NCBI GenBank assembly: GCA_051362555.1
Contig: CM120644.1
Coordinates: 5,960,954-6,024,953 of the forward strand
From: Lingula anatina
Taxonomy: Eukaryota; Animalia; Brachiopoda
Direction of reading: 5' to 3'
DNA length: 64,000 nucleotides
Part shown: positions 27,159 through 40,106 of the stretch, in pieces
How positions within the stretch are numbered: the first letter of the stretch is position 1
Layout: each line of letters begins with the position of its first letter
Made by a program: the position numbers and the translations under genes
Notes under the pieces: model-generated
Databases searched by the model: none
What the model was told of the DNA's origin: nothing
What the model saw: only the letters and a program-made list of their open reading frames with translations

Positions 27159-28142
27159 GTTGACCACCGTTATGATTGATAAATATGAGTCAAAAATGTC
27201 TGTCTTCCTGTTTAAACGCGTGTTATGAAAGACGTACTGTGCTATTCAAACGTTGACAGACTGCATTATATAATATAAACGTGAGTATTACGTACAGCTA
27301 ACGACAGTGTTACTAGAACCTTTTTTTAGGCGTGGTAGCAATTTTGTCAGATCAGAAATTATAAAGTAACATAATGCTCAGCGTTAAAGCGATTCAAGTG
27401 TCGACTGTCTTCACTCCTCGTTTAAAAAAGATAGATGTGTAGCGGGCGAGTGGTTAACTGAGCGCCTTTAAATCTAGTGTAAATTAGTTATCATGTCACG
27501 TTCTCAGCACGAAGATACCGGTACAACATTGACATAGGTGGTAATCAATGGAATTTAGAAGGAAACAAATTTAGTGAAGATTGATGGCCATTTGTGGCGG
27601 CATTTTGATTACTTTGATAAAAAACATTTTTGAAACCATTCTTTTAATTGAAAAATTGCATCATTTTGGTAAGGCAAAACAATTTTCAATTGCCCTAAAA
27701 TACTCAAGGCTGTTAATTTTCACTAGAAAAATCGTCAGCATAAAAATTATTTATAAATAAAACAGCACACACAGCACCTGGTCCAACATAACTTTTAGCT
27801 GCCCATGAAACACATATCAATGATGAAAAACCTAAAAAGAAACCTAGACTACATATATACATACTCTATAAAGATAGCGTGGCCAATATTTAAAAACTTA
27901 TTAATTTGTTCTGGCCTTATCAAGGGTATTCAGATGTCCAGCCATTTGAATTATGCGTGGGAGTCAAGATTAAATTGAGATACTTATGTGATAGTGTGCA
28001 TTGCAAGGCAACATTTATCAAACATGATCATCATCAGTACACGGTCATTTGAAATGAAATCAAGGTAGTCCGATTGACTATTTATTACCTTGAATTGTGC
28101 ATAAGTGCTCCGGACAGTTGAGCATTCTGCACCACACGTGCC

Positions 28143-28188
<46 letters not shown>

Positions 28189-28282
28189 CAATGTACACCG
28201 TCGACCAAACGAAATCTTACATGCAGTCAGGCCGCATTCATGTATCATTTAACATACGGAGGGAGAGGTCTCTCCGAAAAAG

Positions 28283-28361
<79 letters not shown>

Positions 28362-28624
28362 TTAATGCACGGCGTTTGTGCTATTGCTAATTGTACTATA
28401 CTGTAGAGTGTGGAAGTGACGATGCAAGCGAACGACGTTTGTGCAATGCAGCATTTTATTGATGAAATAGCTATAAATGGTACACTGGTTCCCCACCAAA
28501 ATCTTAGCATTTGTTCCCTGGCCAATTCTGAACTATGCTAAAAATTTCATCACACCCATCCCTATATTTCTGCATAATGTTGCTAATCGAAAGGAAAAAT
28601 AGGCTCCTTGGAGGATGTAATCAC

Positions 28625-30008
28625 TTAATCAGCCAGTGAACCGAATATATCGTTGTATATGTTATTTGGGTCCTCGGTAAAAAAGAATTCGGCTATTGCA
28701 TGCCCAAATTCGTCAATTGTTATGAAGCCATCGTTGTTGTTGTCAATCAGATGGAACGCTTTTTGCGACTCCTCGGCAGAGAGGCATAAGCTATAGAAAA
28801 AAGCTTTGTACTCCTCACTGGAAATGAGACCATCGCCATTTATGTCAACGATAGTAAAAAAGTTGGACACCGTCGCCGAGAAAAACTTCCGAAAGTGTTT
28901 TTGGTTACACAACACTCGAAGCAATTCCACGTATTCTTCCTCCGATACCTTGGAAGCATTTTTTGTAATATATTCCCATTGTCCGATGCGCTGATTTAGA
29001 ATCTGCTCTGCTCTCTCATCTGAAAAAACGAGCATGGTTATTTCATCCATGTATATGACTGTGCAGTTATCTTTAAATCCGCTATACCCGGTAGGTTGGT
29101 CACTTTTTCTGACAATTATTTGTAAAAAAACAAAAAAAAAATTATTTAAAAATGAGAGACAGAGAAAGCACATATATTTTTTCCTTGCTGGGTACAATGT
29201 TTTAGTCCATAAAATTGAATTTGCAACAGAAATATACTTTCACTTATTTTTATTATTCAACAATTGGTATCAAATTAGCCTACCATTAAGGTCCGAATAC
29301 TCGGCACAGCGTCTTGCACTTAACATATAATCTTTTTTTGTGATGTAGCCGTCACCGTTTACATCAAAACACTTGAAATATGTGCGTAATTTCCGTCTCC
29401 AGTGATCAGATCCAGTCAACGGCGGGTAATCCATTGGAGTCTGAAAGGTGTACAAATACCAGTGGATGTGTAGATTGTAATCAGATGCAAAAATAGAAAT
29501 AACGCTTGATACAATTTATATTTAAATGAAAAAATCGTATATCGGTTGATGGAAAGCAAAATATCGCAGTATATTCAAGCATACAGTTTTACATTAAAAA
29601 CAGAAACACATGGTATATCGATGGCCTCCTGCCGAAACCAAATGGACAGGAACAATTTCTGATCCCAAATATATATTCATATATTGGAGTATAAACTGCT
29701 TTTGTAGCACTGTCCAGTTCTAATCTTGTTTTAAGTGATATTAATGTTTAACAAAAGATCTCAGCACACATATGTATATATGTTTTGTGAACCGCTTCAT
29801 TTGCAGTCTTTTTCATTACCTTTTTAAACTCTACCGGTTGGTGTTTTAGTTCTCGGACAGGCAAATAAAGTGGAGAGAATTTTGGAACAAATCCATGCTG
29901 CAAAACCTTCTCCAACCGTTTGGTAGTTGACGTAACCCTTGCTAACCCTTGACACATCGGTTGTATAATTCTTATCAGACTCCTACTAGCCTGGAAAACC
30001 TTAGACAT
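28625..30008 (-). CDS. EF-hand SCP-like gene 7 (subtype A); exons 30008-29820, 29440-29284, 29019-28625; 246 aa
   Basis: Intact ORF and canonical splice sites. One-codon deletion in exon 3 relative to genes 2-4. EF1 loop DVNGDGYITKKD. Confidence 0.9.
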
Positions 30009-30775
30009 GGTGACCGCCGTAGAGATCGATGTTCCTGTATCCGTGGCAGAGATGCTCTTTCATTTAAACGTCCCTTAAGAGTCATATAAAAAGGTAGAGC
30101 TATATTTAAACATAACCAGGGTGCACGTGTTATATCACGTGATACAATTATGCATCTCATAAAAGTTCGGTTGGTGGAAAATGCAATTGACTCTATGAAC
30201 AAACCTCCAGGCTGTTAATGTTTTGTTGTATTGAGAAAATTGACCACATTCAGAGTAGTTAATACAGTACATAACCACACAATTAGATGAGCTGGTTGTA
30301 CAGAATAACCGAACATGAGGAGTACCCCTGTGTTGGATCTTATTGTGTTTTAAAATCACTATAAATTTTTTGTGTAAGCAGTAAAGTAAGGTGATCCATT
30401 TTTTGTTCTCTGTTATGTGCAATTCATGCTTAAAAACAGCGACCAATTTTGTCAGATCGGAAAACATAATGTACCGGTAGTGTTATGTACTTGACATATC
30501 AACTGTCTTCAGGCTTTATTAAAAAATATAGATGTAAAGTGGGGTGAGCAGTTCAGTGGGCGCCTTTAAATATCCTATAAATTGGCGACCATGTCATGTT
30601 TTCAGCACAAAGATGCCAGTACAACATTGACATGTGCTTTAAAATTTAAATTTGTTTAAATGACTTTGTTAAAATTTTGTTATATTTTGAAATACCTCTA
30701 TCATTTTAAGTGGGAAAAGAACATATTTTACCTTCATGTTTCAGAAAAGTTCACTGGATCAATCATTCTACTATA

Positions 30776-32440
30776 CAACATTGGTCAAAAAGGTTGTCCC
30801 ACCCCCAGTTTCATGTGCCCTTATTTATAAATGATCACATCGCAGGGGTTAATTGCTATGAATGGTGATTTTCATTCCAGATACCATAACTAACAAGACT
30901 AGTGGTACAGAAAATACAAACTAGTGGTTAAGATATCTATACCCAATACCATTTATTCACATTTATTACATGTACCCTCTCAAATCCGATGTTACACTGT
31001 CATTTCAACGTAGGTATAGAAATACCCATAAAATTGAAATGACACATCCAAATGTCACCAAATTTACTCACATTTAGCATTAGGGTTTGCTCGTTAAAGG
31101 TCGCGTGTCTATTAGCGTGTGTGGCTACCGTGCACTGTAATTATCTCTTGTAGACGGCGTCACTGCCTTCAACAAGGGTAACAATTCTGTTTTGTGGGAT
31201 ATTGCCCCATGTTTCCTGAAAAAAGCTTTGCGTAATTGGTCCGGACTATTTGGGGTTTGGTTCTCCTCTGGATTGCACGCTTCAATTCATGTCACGGGTG
31301 CTCATTAGGTTTATTATCAGGATTTAAAGATGGTTTCTCCAGCCTCAGAACAATGGGTTTCTGCAACAAATTACTCACCACACGAGAACTGTGTGCAAGT
31401 GTACAGTCATGATGAAGCCTGAAACACTCCCGCAGTCCACCCTTGCAGACAGAATGAGGTATCAGTTGAGAATGTTAGGTTCAGTGACCCCAGAACTACC
31501 GGAACTTGGTCAACCATCACTAGGAACAAGTTGGTTTTGCTGAAGTATCAAGGTATTTCTTGTATGCCTTCGATGGTCAAATTAGGGACCGTAGACATGT
31601 TGCAAAATGCTTTCTGGAATTTTTGTGCAGGATAATATCGCCTGAGGTGTCAGGTCAATCCCCGTTTGGAGAGAATGCCAAGCCCATGGTTTTAGTGCAT
31701 TGTTCTTTCCGAAAAAGAACGTTATTGGGGGAATTCACTGAAACGTTCTCAACAAATATCTCACACCATTTGCAAGAGATGACTTCAGGGATACGGCAGG
31801 CGTCATCGTGGAAATGCACTTGCTCACAACTCTCGTCTGCTGAGTGATTTGTTGCAGAAACCAATGTTCAGAGGATGGAGCAACCACCTTTTTGCCCTGT
31901 TATTAACCTTACTAAACATCTGTGGCATGAATTAAAGTGTGCAATGCCAAGGAGAACCAAACTCCTAATAAGCTTTACCAACTTTCCCAAGCTCTTTAGG
32001 AAGAATGGGGCATTATCGCATAAAACAGAATTGTTACCCTTGTTGAAGGCAGGTCGCTCCACCTACAGGAGGTAATTTCAGTACGCAGTAACCACAAACG
32101 CTAATAGACAAGTAGTCTTTAACGAGCAAACCCTAATGCTAAACGTGTGTAAATTTGGTGACATTTGTTGGTGTCATTTTAATATAATGGACATTTCTTG
32201 ACCTCTGTGAAAATCACAGTGAAATGTCGGATTTGAGGGGGTACATGTAATAAATGTGAATAAATGGTATTAAATATTGATATCTTCACCGCTAGTTTAT
32301 ATTTTCTGTATCACTTATCATGTTAGCTATGGTATCTGGAATGAAAATCACTATTTATAACGATCTTCAACTGTGCTGTGATCATTTATAAATAAATGCA
32401 CATAATACTGAAGGTGGGACAACCTTTTTGACCAATGTTG
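30776..32440. mobile_element. Palindromic (foldback) Tc1 derivative made of two inverted 3' halves
   Basis: Termini CAACATTGGTCAAAAAGGTTGTCCCACC are inverted, with TA TSD. The ~700-bp arms both encode a decayed transposase C-terminus (e.g. NVQRMEQPPFCPVINLTKHLWHELK). Empty site at ~21177, ~24640 and ~34935. Confidence 0.85.
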
Positions 32441-33025
32441 TATAGTGAATAAAATACTATTATATTCAAGTATGGCCCCCAGGTGCATTATTCGACAGGT
32501 GTTCAAGTTATTCCTTTAGTAAATGCAGTATGGGGGATATCGCCTGTTGATACCCTGAATTGGGTCAACTTGCAGTGACCCATCTCCACCGCGTCCATTG
32601 TAAGATTGTTTTTAACATGTTCAGACTAACTTACCTATTATAATATGTAACAAATTCAACTAAAATACATTGATTTTACGTCATTAATGATACATTTTGC
32701 TTCAAAAGAAAAAAAAAGTCATGTAATGGATGCTAATAATAATGATTCCAATATACCTCGTCTCCAAATATGTACTTTACAGCATTTTTTTAAAATAATT
32801 ATTTTCATTGGAACAAAGCTATACGGTTTAAAGCAATGTGCATTAAAAGCTCAATAAATCTACCACAGTAGTACAACCCATCCCAAATTCTTGACAAATA
32901 TTATAATAAGGCTACACTCATCAGATTATCTTCATGATCGAATAGTAGAAATGACATTCCTGGCTGAACTTGACATTCAGAAGGCATGTATTATATCAAA
33001 GCTGACTCATCATTTAAGTCGGTAT

Positions 33026-34158
33026 TTAATCAGTCAATGGTCCGAATATTCCGTTGTATGTATTATTTGGGTCTTCAGTAAAGAAGAATTCGGCAAAAGC
33101 ATGGACATTCTCGTCAATTGTTATAAATCCATCTTTGTCTATGTCCAATAGGTCAAATACTTTCTGCGAATCTTTTTCGGAGACGTTAAAGCTATAAGCC
33201 AAAGCCTTCTGTTCATCTCTTGAGATCAGACCATCGCTATCAAGGTCCACAGCAGTAAAATGCATGGATGCATGCAAGGGGAAAGACTCGTGTCGGTAGC
33301 TTCTCTGATTAAACACCATTGGGGCCGATTTAAGATATTCTTCCTCTGATATCTTGGAAGCACCCTCCTTCCTTTTTGAAATTGAATCCCACATAGCAAT
33401 ACGCTGATTCAGCATATGCTCTGCTCTCTCATCTAAAATAAGCGAGAAGAGATTTTAAACTGATATATTTTCCTATCCAACTGTAACTATCGTTTAATCC
33501 ACATTCTGCCAGTCAAAGTTCTATAAAAATAAAGCTGTTTTTAAGGCTTTTGATGTGTTATTTATTTATCTTTAAAGTAAAAAGAAAGAAACACGTGCAT
33601 TGTATAACATCTTTGCGTGTTACAACAATTGACTACATTTATCTCGTGATGATTTTTTTCCCATGAAAAAAATTGCAAAATGCAAACATGCAACGGATGC
33701 ATGTTTCCCTATTTCACAATTTTTAATTCGCCAGTTAGTTCTAACCAGTTAGCCTACCGTTAAGGTCCAAATAGTCGGCAATGCGTTTTGCACTTATCAA
33801 GAAGTCTTCTTTTGTAATGTAGCCGGCACCGTTTACATCAAAACACCTGAAACATGTGCGCATCTTCCGTCTCCAGTTTTCAGATCCAGTCACCGTTGGG
33901 TAGTCCAGTGATGCCTGGAAAGTGTTCAAGTATGTTGGGAATTGGATTTAGAAAATAGAAATAAGTCTACGTCTCTGCGATTGAAGATTAATATATAGGA
34001 ACTGTTTGGCACGATCCTTCTCACCTTTCTAAACTGAATTTTGGAACCAACCCATGTTGCACAACCTTTCTCCACCTCTGGGTAGATGACATAAGACTTA
34101 TTAACTCTTGACATGGGTGTATGATTCTTAGTAATCCCCTACTGGCTTTGAAAATCAT
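33026..34158 (-). pseudogene. EF-hand SCP-like gene 8 (subtype B). Exon 1 (34158-34025) frameshifted by a 46-nt deletion; exons 33914-33758 and 33432-33026 open. Possible alternative start ATG at 34114
   Basis: Alignment to gene 5 shows 46 nt missing at ~34036. EF1 loop is DVNGAGYITKED (ligand D>A). The ATG at 34114 is in frame with exon 2. Confidence 0.65.
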
Positions 34159-36043
34159 GTTGACAAGCCTCAAGATATACTTCCGAGTCAGAAAAATATC
34201 TGCCTTCCCGCTTTAGCGTGTGCAATAAAAGACGTTCTTTACTATTCACACGTCGACGGATTGTATTATGTAAGATGAACGTGAGTATTATGTACAGGGA
34301 CCGGTAGTGTTACAATGAGGCTACACACGACCGATCCATTGATTTACGAGCACGACTAACCCTAACATAATTAAAACGTATTTGCAACCATTCTTTTAAT
34401 GGAAAAATTGCGTTGGCTTCAGTTTGGTAAGTGGAAAAATTACAATTGACCCTTAAGGCAGTTAAATTTTTCCTAGGAAAATCGACCACATAAAACTATG
34501 TACATGTATAAATAAAAGAAAACGCAGTAGTAAAGCAAAGTGATCCATTTTCTGTTCTCTGTTACGTGCAATTCATGCTTAAAAAACAGCGATGAATTTT
34601 GTCAGATCGGAAAACATAATGTACCGGTAGTGTTATGTACTTGACAAATCAACTGTCTTCAGGCTTTGTTAAAAAATGATAGATGTAAAGTGGGTTGAGC
34701 AGTTCAGTGGGCGCCTTTAAATGTAATATAAATTGGCGACCATGTCACGTTTTCAGCACAAAGATGCCAGTACAACATTGACATGTGCTTTAATATTTAA
34801 ATTTGTTTAAATGACTTGGTTAAAAATCAGTTATATTTTGAGATACGTACCTCTATCATTTTAAGTGGGAAAAGAACATATTTTACCTTTTATTCACGTT
34901 TCAGAAAAGTTTACTGGATCAATCATTCTCCTATATAGTGCATACAATACTATTGCATTCAAGTATGGCCCCCAGGTGCATTATTTGAAAGGTGTTCGAG
35001 TTATACCTTAAGCATGTGCAGTATGGGTGGGGGTGGGGGGGGCGTATCGCCTTTTGATACCCTGGATTGGGCCTACTTGCAATGACCCACCTCCACCACG
35101 TCCATTGTGAGATTGTATTGTTATGTTCAGGCTAGGTCTAGTTGGTCTTGCCGCTGGTCTAGTTAACTTACTTATTATAATATTTGGAAACAGCATTGGT
35201 ATATATGTTTCGTGCCGTTTTAAGAAATAATTATATCTCAGTGAAACATCTCAGCGCACTTAACAACTGTTATCACATTATAAAATCAATAATGACAATA
35301 ACTTTAATCTAATGAAATCGAAATAAAAGCAAAAAGGCCTAAAATAAGTAGTGTTCTAATAAAAGTTTTATTTTTCTCTTGAAGCTACATGTATCAAAGG
35401 TGCCGTAAAGATTGAAGGACGTGGTCCTTTTTGAAAAGTTCGGATCATAAGATCATAAAATGCAATCACAGCTCCTCCCCCCCCCCCCATGTGATTTAGA
35501 ACACTCCTGTTTCTTTTGACTTAAGAAGAATTTGTCCACTTTTAAAAATGATTTTTAATATGAGCAAATGACGTATTGTGTATCAACCAACGTCAACTCG
35601 GCTAAAACATAATGTGTCAAGGATTCAGCAGGCGAGCTGCTACATACACTGTATCATCAACATATCATCAGACTGTCCTTCGTCACCGAAGATGTCTGAC
35701 TGAGTTGATTGAGTCTGAGGCGTGTCTCAGACAGGCTCTAAGACTTGGTTTTTATCCCTAGACCGATCTTACAGGATCAGTCCCTCTCCAAGGGGTCCCT
35801 CGCTAAATTGCTTTCAGCTTAAGTGGCTTAGATGTCTGGGACGCCCACTAAAGTTGCTAAATTATAGTTAATTACACCCTATCAGCCTCAGCAGACGTGA
35901 CAGACATCTAAGACGCCCAAGTTTATTGCAATCAAGCGAGAATCCCCTCGAAGAGTTCGATCCAAATTTGGTACGTAAGGGTCTGGGAATGGTCTCTAAT
36001 GTGGGCTGTAAGACCCGCTTGGGATCTGCAAAAACGCTGACAT

Positions 36044-36141
36044 CCCAGCAGGCAAACGACATTGATTTTACGTTGATTCAACGTTGATCCACCAAAATTA
36101 ACATTGATTCAACGGTGAATCAATGTCGTTTGTCTGCTGGG
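36044..36141. mobile_element. 98-bp MITE with CCCAGCA termini
   Basis: CCCAGCAGGCAAACGACATTGATT...AATCAATGTCGTTTGTCTGCTGGG flanked by AT/AT. Absent at the paralogous site ~25630. Confidence 0.75.
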
Positions 36142-36261
36142 ATGTGTTGCATTAGAAATTGATTCAGCTGGATGTTAAATGTCGAAGATCATGTGTACGT
36201 TGATGCTGATCTTTAAAGGTTGACAAAGTTTCATCAAAAACAAGCCATCTCTCTTTGTATT

Positions 36262-37730
36262 TTAATCAGCCAGTGGTCCGAATATTCCGCTGTATGTGTT
36301 ATTTGGGTCCTCGGTAAAAAAGAATTCGGCAAAAGATTGTGCAAATTCGTCAATGGTTATGAAACCATCTTTGTCGGTGTCAACCAGGTCGAATAATTTC
36401 TGTGCTTCTTCTTCGGGGATGTTTGAGCTATAACACGAAACCTTGTATTCTTCTCTAGAAATGAGGCCATCGCTATCAAGATCCACAGCAGTAAATTGCA
36501 TAGACAAATGCCTGGGGAAAACCTCCTGTCGGTAGCTTCTCTGATTAAACAGCACTATTGCCGATTTTAGACATTCTTCCTCTGATACTTTGGAAGTATC
36601 TTCTGAACTTTTAGAAATACTTTCCCATACAGCAACACGCTGATTCAGCAAATGCTCTGCCCTCTCATCTAAAAGAAGCCAGAATTGTATTGTATATGAA
36701 TCTTAAGATATAATATGTTATATGAATCTTTAAAATGCTTTATATGCTTTTCTCAAAGGAACAAGAGAGAATCGAATATGAACTGAATGTCAATTGTACG
36801 TAGCGATAATTTATGCTTTACTCTGTGAGACCATGTTGCAAAATGAAAACTTACAATAGATGAATGCGATTGCCTATTACACAATTCTTCATTTACCAGT
36901 TTGTTTTAACCAATAGCCTACCGTCAAGGTCTAAATACTCTGCACAGCGTTTCGCACTTATCACATAGTCTTCCTTTGTGATGTAGCCGTCGCCGTTTAC
37001 ATCCAAATTCCTGAAAAGTGTGCGCATCTTCCGTCTCCAGTGATCAGATCCAGTCACCTGCGGGTAGTCCACTGGAGCCTGAAAGGAGTTCAAGTACATG
37101 GAAACTGGACATATCCATAGTTCCAAATTGAAAAGCGTTGTAATCTGCATTGGAACATGATACTCACTCCCCATGTACCAAAACCGAATCCCAATTTATT
37201 CAATGTTTTTTGTGTATTTAAAGGTCAAAAACACACGCGGTATATCGATAAAAGCAAGTTAAAATGACAGTTTGTACCAAAGAGATACCGTAGGCTACGA
37301 TCCATCTGCTGACTTTTCATCATATTTGTATTAACAAGCAACAATGCAGTCGCCTTGTCGTTTATATTAAAACAGAATACATGCTACAAAACCGAAATCA
37401 ATCCCAATAAAAAGAACATTCCTCGGATCTAATCTTGTTTATAAATAAAAAGTCAAGTTATTTAAGTAACAAACTGCTGCCAATATATTATACCCTTTGG
37501 TATTCATTAAGAGAAGGAACAGCGTGTCTTTCAATCTTTCTCACCTTTCTAAACTGTATCGCTTGGTTTTTTAAACCCCGTGCAGAAAGGATAAGTAAAG
37601 AGATTATTGGACCTAATCCATGTTGCTCAACTTTACCAAATCTCTGGGGAGATGACATAACTCTCGTTACCCTCTGACATGGGTTTATGATTTTTAGTAA
37701 TCCCCCACTTGCCTGGAAAACCTTAGACAT
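36262..37730 (-). CDS. EF-hand SCP-like gene 9 (subtype C); exons 37730-37545, 37078-36922, 36668-36262; 249 aa
   Basis: Intact ORF and canonical splice sites. Loops DVNGDGYITKED, DLDSDGLISREE, DTDKDGFITIDE. Confidence 0.9.
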
Positions 37731-38364
37731 GCTGACCACCTTTATGATTGATAAAATGTCTGCCTTCCTTTTTAAACGCGTGTTATGGAAGACGTACTGT
37801 GTTATTCAAAAGTTGACAGACTGCATGGTATAAGATAAACGTAAGTATTACGTACAGCTAAGGACAGTATTACTAGAACATTCTTTTTAGGCGTGGGACC
37901 AATATTGTCAGATCAGAAAATATATAGTAACAGAATGCTCAGCGTTAAAGCGATTCAAGTATCGACTGTCTTCACTCCTCGTTTAAAAAAAGATAGATGT
38001 GTAGCGGGTGAGTGGTTCACTGAGCGTCTTTAAATATAGTATAAATTAGTTATCATGTCACGTTCTCAGCACAAAGATACTAGTACAACATTGGCATGTG
38101 TGGTAATCAATGACATTAAGAAAGAAACAAGTATAGTAAAGATTGATGGCCATTTGTTGTGCATTTTGATTACTTTGATAAAAACATTTTAAAACCATCA
38201 TTTAAAATTAAAAAATTGCATCAGTTTGGTAAAAATATTTCAATTGCCCTAAAAAACTCAAGGCTGTTAATTTTTGCTAGAACAGTTAACGAAATTGGTG
38301 TAATTTATAAATAAAACAGACCGACTGGTTGAATATAACTTTTAGCTGCCATAAAACACATGTA

Positions 38365-40106
38365 CACACACTGGACAATAGAAGTGTCACCCCTACTGAA
38401 CCAATACTATGGGGGAGATAAATGACTGTGGAATGATATGCTCCTGGTATCATTTTATTAACATCAACTTTCACAAAAAATCATAAAATGAGAACAAAAT
38501 ATGAACATTCTACCAAAATATGCAGTTCAAGTCCAAAATTAGTACTTAGTGGCATAGCCACGTGATCTAATAATAGGTGCCAGTCTACGAGGCAAGGATT
38601 CATATAATTGTCTGATGCGTTAAGGGCTTATGCTGGCCCAAGTATGAAACACTGAAGATAACAGAGTTTCTCTGCTGGTCAGACGGGCATTTGTCAAAAG
38701 TTTTGACATATTATTCCACACATTTTCTATTATGTTTGCATCTGGACTCTGGGTAGGCCACATCACCCTGCGAATGTCCTGTTGGTCAAACCAATCATCA
38801 ACTGCTCTGGGCCTGTGACAAGGGGCATTGTCATCCTGGTGAACAAATGGATAATTCCTGTCACCAAACATGTTAGTAATAGATGGTAGCAAGCCTGCCT
38901 CCAAAACATCGATATATTTCTAGTTATTCATGTTTCCATCACCCGCTATCAATTCGCCCACGCCATGGATGCTGATGCAGCCCCACACCATGATGAATAT
39001 GCTGCTCCGGGTTCGAAAATTCAGTGCATGTGGTTCAAATGCTTTACCAGCAGTTCGCCAGCATCGTACCCGTCTGTCATCAGAGGTAAGACCAAAGCGA
39101 CACTCATCAGAAAAAAATATATAGGACCAATTGTCATGGACTGTCCAGTTCCAAATCCTGTTGACCCTAGTTCACTCTACGTTGCCTGTTTTGTAACGAT
39201 ATAAGAGGTTTCAGTCTTGCCACCCTGCTGTACACTCTATGAGCATGTAACCGACGCCTAGCAATTTTCACAGACACATTCTTATGTGTGAAATTGTTCC
39301 ACTGTGTTGTCAACTGACAAGCAGTGTCGAACTTTGACACCTGGACATAAAAATCAGTCCGACCGGATGGCCTTGTGGTTAGAGTGTCCGCCTCCGGAGC
39401 GGGAGGACGTGGGTTCAAAACCCGTCCGGGGACATACCAGTCCTTTATAAACGGTACCTGCTGTCTCCCCGCTTGGCACTCAGCACTAAGGGGTTGAAGC
39501 AGGGACCTGGTCAGGCAGTGCAGAAATGTTATATTAGCTATGAGCGCCTAATATGGCAGCCGAGCTGTATGCTCCCCAGGGAGGTGAGACCGTCTACGGA
39601 GTGCACCAGTGTAAAAATGACCAGGCTTCCTTGACGTGAATATTCATATATGTAATTGTATAACTTCAACCTTCGGGTTGCGATTCTCCAATAAAGATTA
39701 TTATATTATTATTATATAGTCGTCGGTCTTCACGGCCAGTAGTTTTTCTTGGACGACCCATCAGAGGCAATTTGTCTCTTGACCCAGTGTTTCTATACCG
39801 AGACCAGACCCTCTGCACGGTTCTGACTGAACAATTCAATTGTATCGATATTCTGATATTGCTTATATTCCACCTCTTCAGGTTAATAACTTGCACCTAT
39901 AACCGTTAGATAATTACCTGTATCTTGCCATATTGGAGGAAGACAGGAATAACATTTGCTGTACATGTACAAGACCAACAATGGTATAGCGGTTTTATAC
40001 TCATTTTTCACATTATAAGTAGAGCAGGCATTAGTGTAAGTGCCCAAGATCTGCCTACTTTTATTACTCTGAGTTAGGGGGTGACACTTCTATTGTCCAG
40101 TGTGTG
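38365..40106 (-). mobile_element. Second copy of the same Tc1 element, interrupted by a SINE
   Basis: Same TIRs with TA TSD. The D-to-E spacing counts to 34 residues. Shares inactivating TAG codons with the 6139 copy. Empty site at ~27815. Confidence 0.92.
39360..39716 (+). mobile_element. tRNA-derived SINE (Meta-SINE-like central domain) nested in the Tc1 copy
   Basis: A box TGGCCTTGTGG and B box GGTTCAAAACC. Central AAACGGTACCTGCTGTCTCCCCGCTTGGCACTCAGCAC. AATAAA followed by a (TTA)n tail. Absent from the other Tc1 copy. Confidence 0.8.
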
